64,000 nucleotides of DNA. Source: Marsupella aquatica (lineage: Eukaryota > Plantae > Marchantiophyta). The first letter of the stretch is position 1; each line of letters starts with the position of its first letter. Positions 62,714 to 64,000 of the stretch are shown one piece after another. The translations under genes and the position numbers were made by a program. Location of the stretch: positions 25,071,233-25,135,232 of the forward strand of contig OZ316892.1 in assembly GCA_973895155.1 (NCBI GenBank), in the 5' to 3' direction. The notes below the pieces were generated by a model. The model saw only the letters and a program-made list of their open reading frames with translations, did no database searches and was not told the origin of the DNA.

Positions 62714-64000
62714 CTGCCCACGAGAACACACAGACTAGATTAGAAGGTCTGAAATCGCATGCAGATTCTGATAATCAAGGATGTTTCTAATTTCTAATTT
62801 CTATTTGTTTCACTCGAGGCTGTGTCCCTCACAGATTCTCTTTTCCATTGAAGGTTTGACAGTGATTTATCAGAGTTTGTTACGTTGGTCCAACTGCCAC
62901 AACCCCGAACAATTGACGGAGGACTTCCAAACAATAATTGTGAGGATAAGAACCATTAACGACAGCAGCTACCAACATAGTCTGCATCTAGATCTCATTT
63001 TGTCTGGGAAGGAACCAGATTTATGGACATCGTTTGAATGCATCTACGACACAGTTAGTTCAGCATAAGGTTTTGTCTCGACAGTGCGGTTGTTGTATGA
63101 TTCTCCACCTTCGTCATGTCGTTGGCAACGGTTTCATAATAAGAAAGGCTTCATAATAAGAAAGGCCGTCATTCTCGAAAGTCTTCTTAACATAAGGTAG
63201 CGAGCCTTGTCCTGCTCAAAGGGACCCAAATGCGCAAAATTCGGAGGCTCTATGAATCTCATCGGCTTCAAACAAAGAAACTTGAAGTTGGTGTACAGTG
63301 TCTTTCAGTCTATGCCAAAGCTCTTGCTTGTCGTAGTAATTTCGATGTAGGCCTTCCGAATCGTCGACTACTAGCTCACAGACTTGTCCCAGCTGTCTCC
63401 GAGATCCTTGTGTATTTCGAGGAGTGCGCTAACCCTACCGAGCTTGAACTTTTCACCCTTCAGATTGCTGATCTCGGTGTCACGCTCTCGGGTATCACAG
63501 CTCTTCTTTAATAGGCCTCCGTATATATTGTCGAGCTTGAAATTGCCTCTTCGAATTCATGACTGACTTTTCTGACTCTTGGAAATGCCGAATCTCTATT
63601 GGCCTGATTTCAAAGGCTGTACAACAAACAGCTTATACGTTTTTCCTTAACTGACTTCACCCAGTTCATCTCATTGCCCAGTCTGTAAACCCTCACCGAT
63701 ACTACTCGCCGAGGATTTGGCCCAGTCCTAAAACCAGAGTTTGAATGAAACTACCGAGGAACATCTTGTGCTTATCTCCACCATATGCAGATCAGGGAAA
63801 AACGTTTGAAGTTGAATCGAACTTCTAAGTTTAAAACTAAAAACCGAAGAACGCTCTTTCTGCACAACAGAATAGGTACTTCTGACACGGGCCTCATCAT
63901 CGACTCTACGTAGACCTGGGGATACAGTCCTCAACAGGGCTTCTACGCATGCAATCATCTGAAAGTTCGTTCGCAGATAGGATTCAGTATCTTTGTGTAC

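Noticed and set aside
63380-63560. Possible upstream LONRF exon (EFEEAISS...)
   Set aside because: An in-frame stop follows immediately and there is no suitable splice donor. The true 5' exons are probably outside the window.

Overview
Eukaryotic, intron-rich plant nuclear DNA. A chloroplast-targeted RIQ2/DUF1118 gene together with an intact ciliary gene (CFAP263/CCDC113) points to a land plant with flagellated sperm, most likely a bryophyte such as a liverwort (inference). I reconstructed seven spliced genes by hand from splice sites and frame continuity. They are: a PAR1-like secreted Cys-rich protein (-); an orphan tail-anchored protein ending TM-...-PPPT, a candidate plant KASH protein (+); RIQ2/DUF1118 (-); a BAHD acyltransferase (-); an Alba/RGG protein (-); CFAP263/CCDC113 (+); and a TPR-RING-LON (LONRF-like) gene whose 5' end appears to lie beyond the window (-). 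Intergenic DNA is rich in transposon debris: a LINE 3' fragment, LTR remnants, a foldback-like element and several tandem duplications. The most striking element is a complete 449-bp miniature LTR retroelement (TRIM) at 54541-54989, whose LTRs are built around a tRNA-like Pol III promoter, with PBS, PPT and a perfect 5-bp TSD. No database searches were run; family assignments come from recognised motifs.
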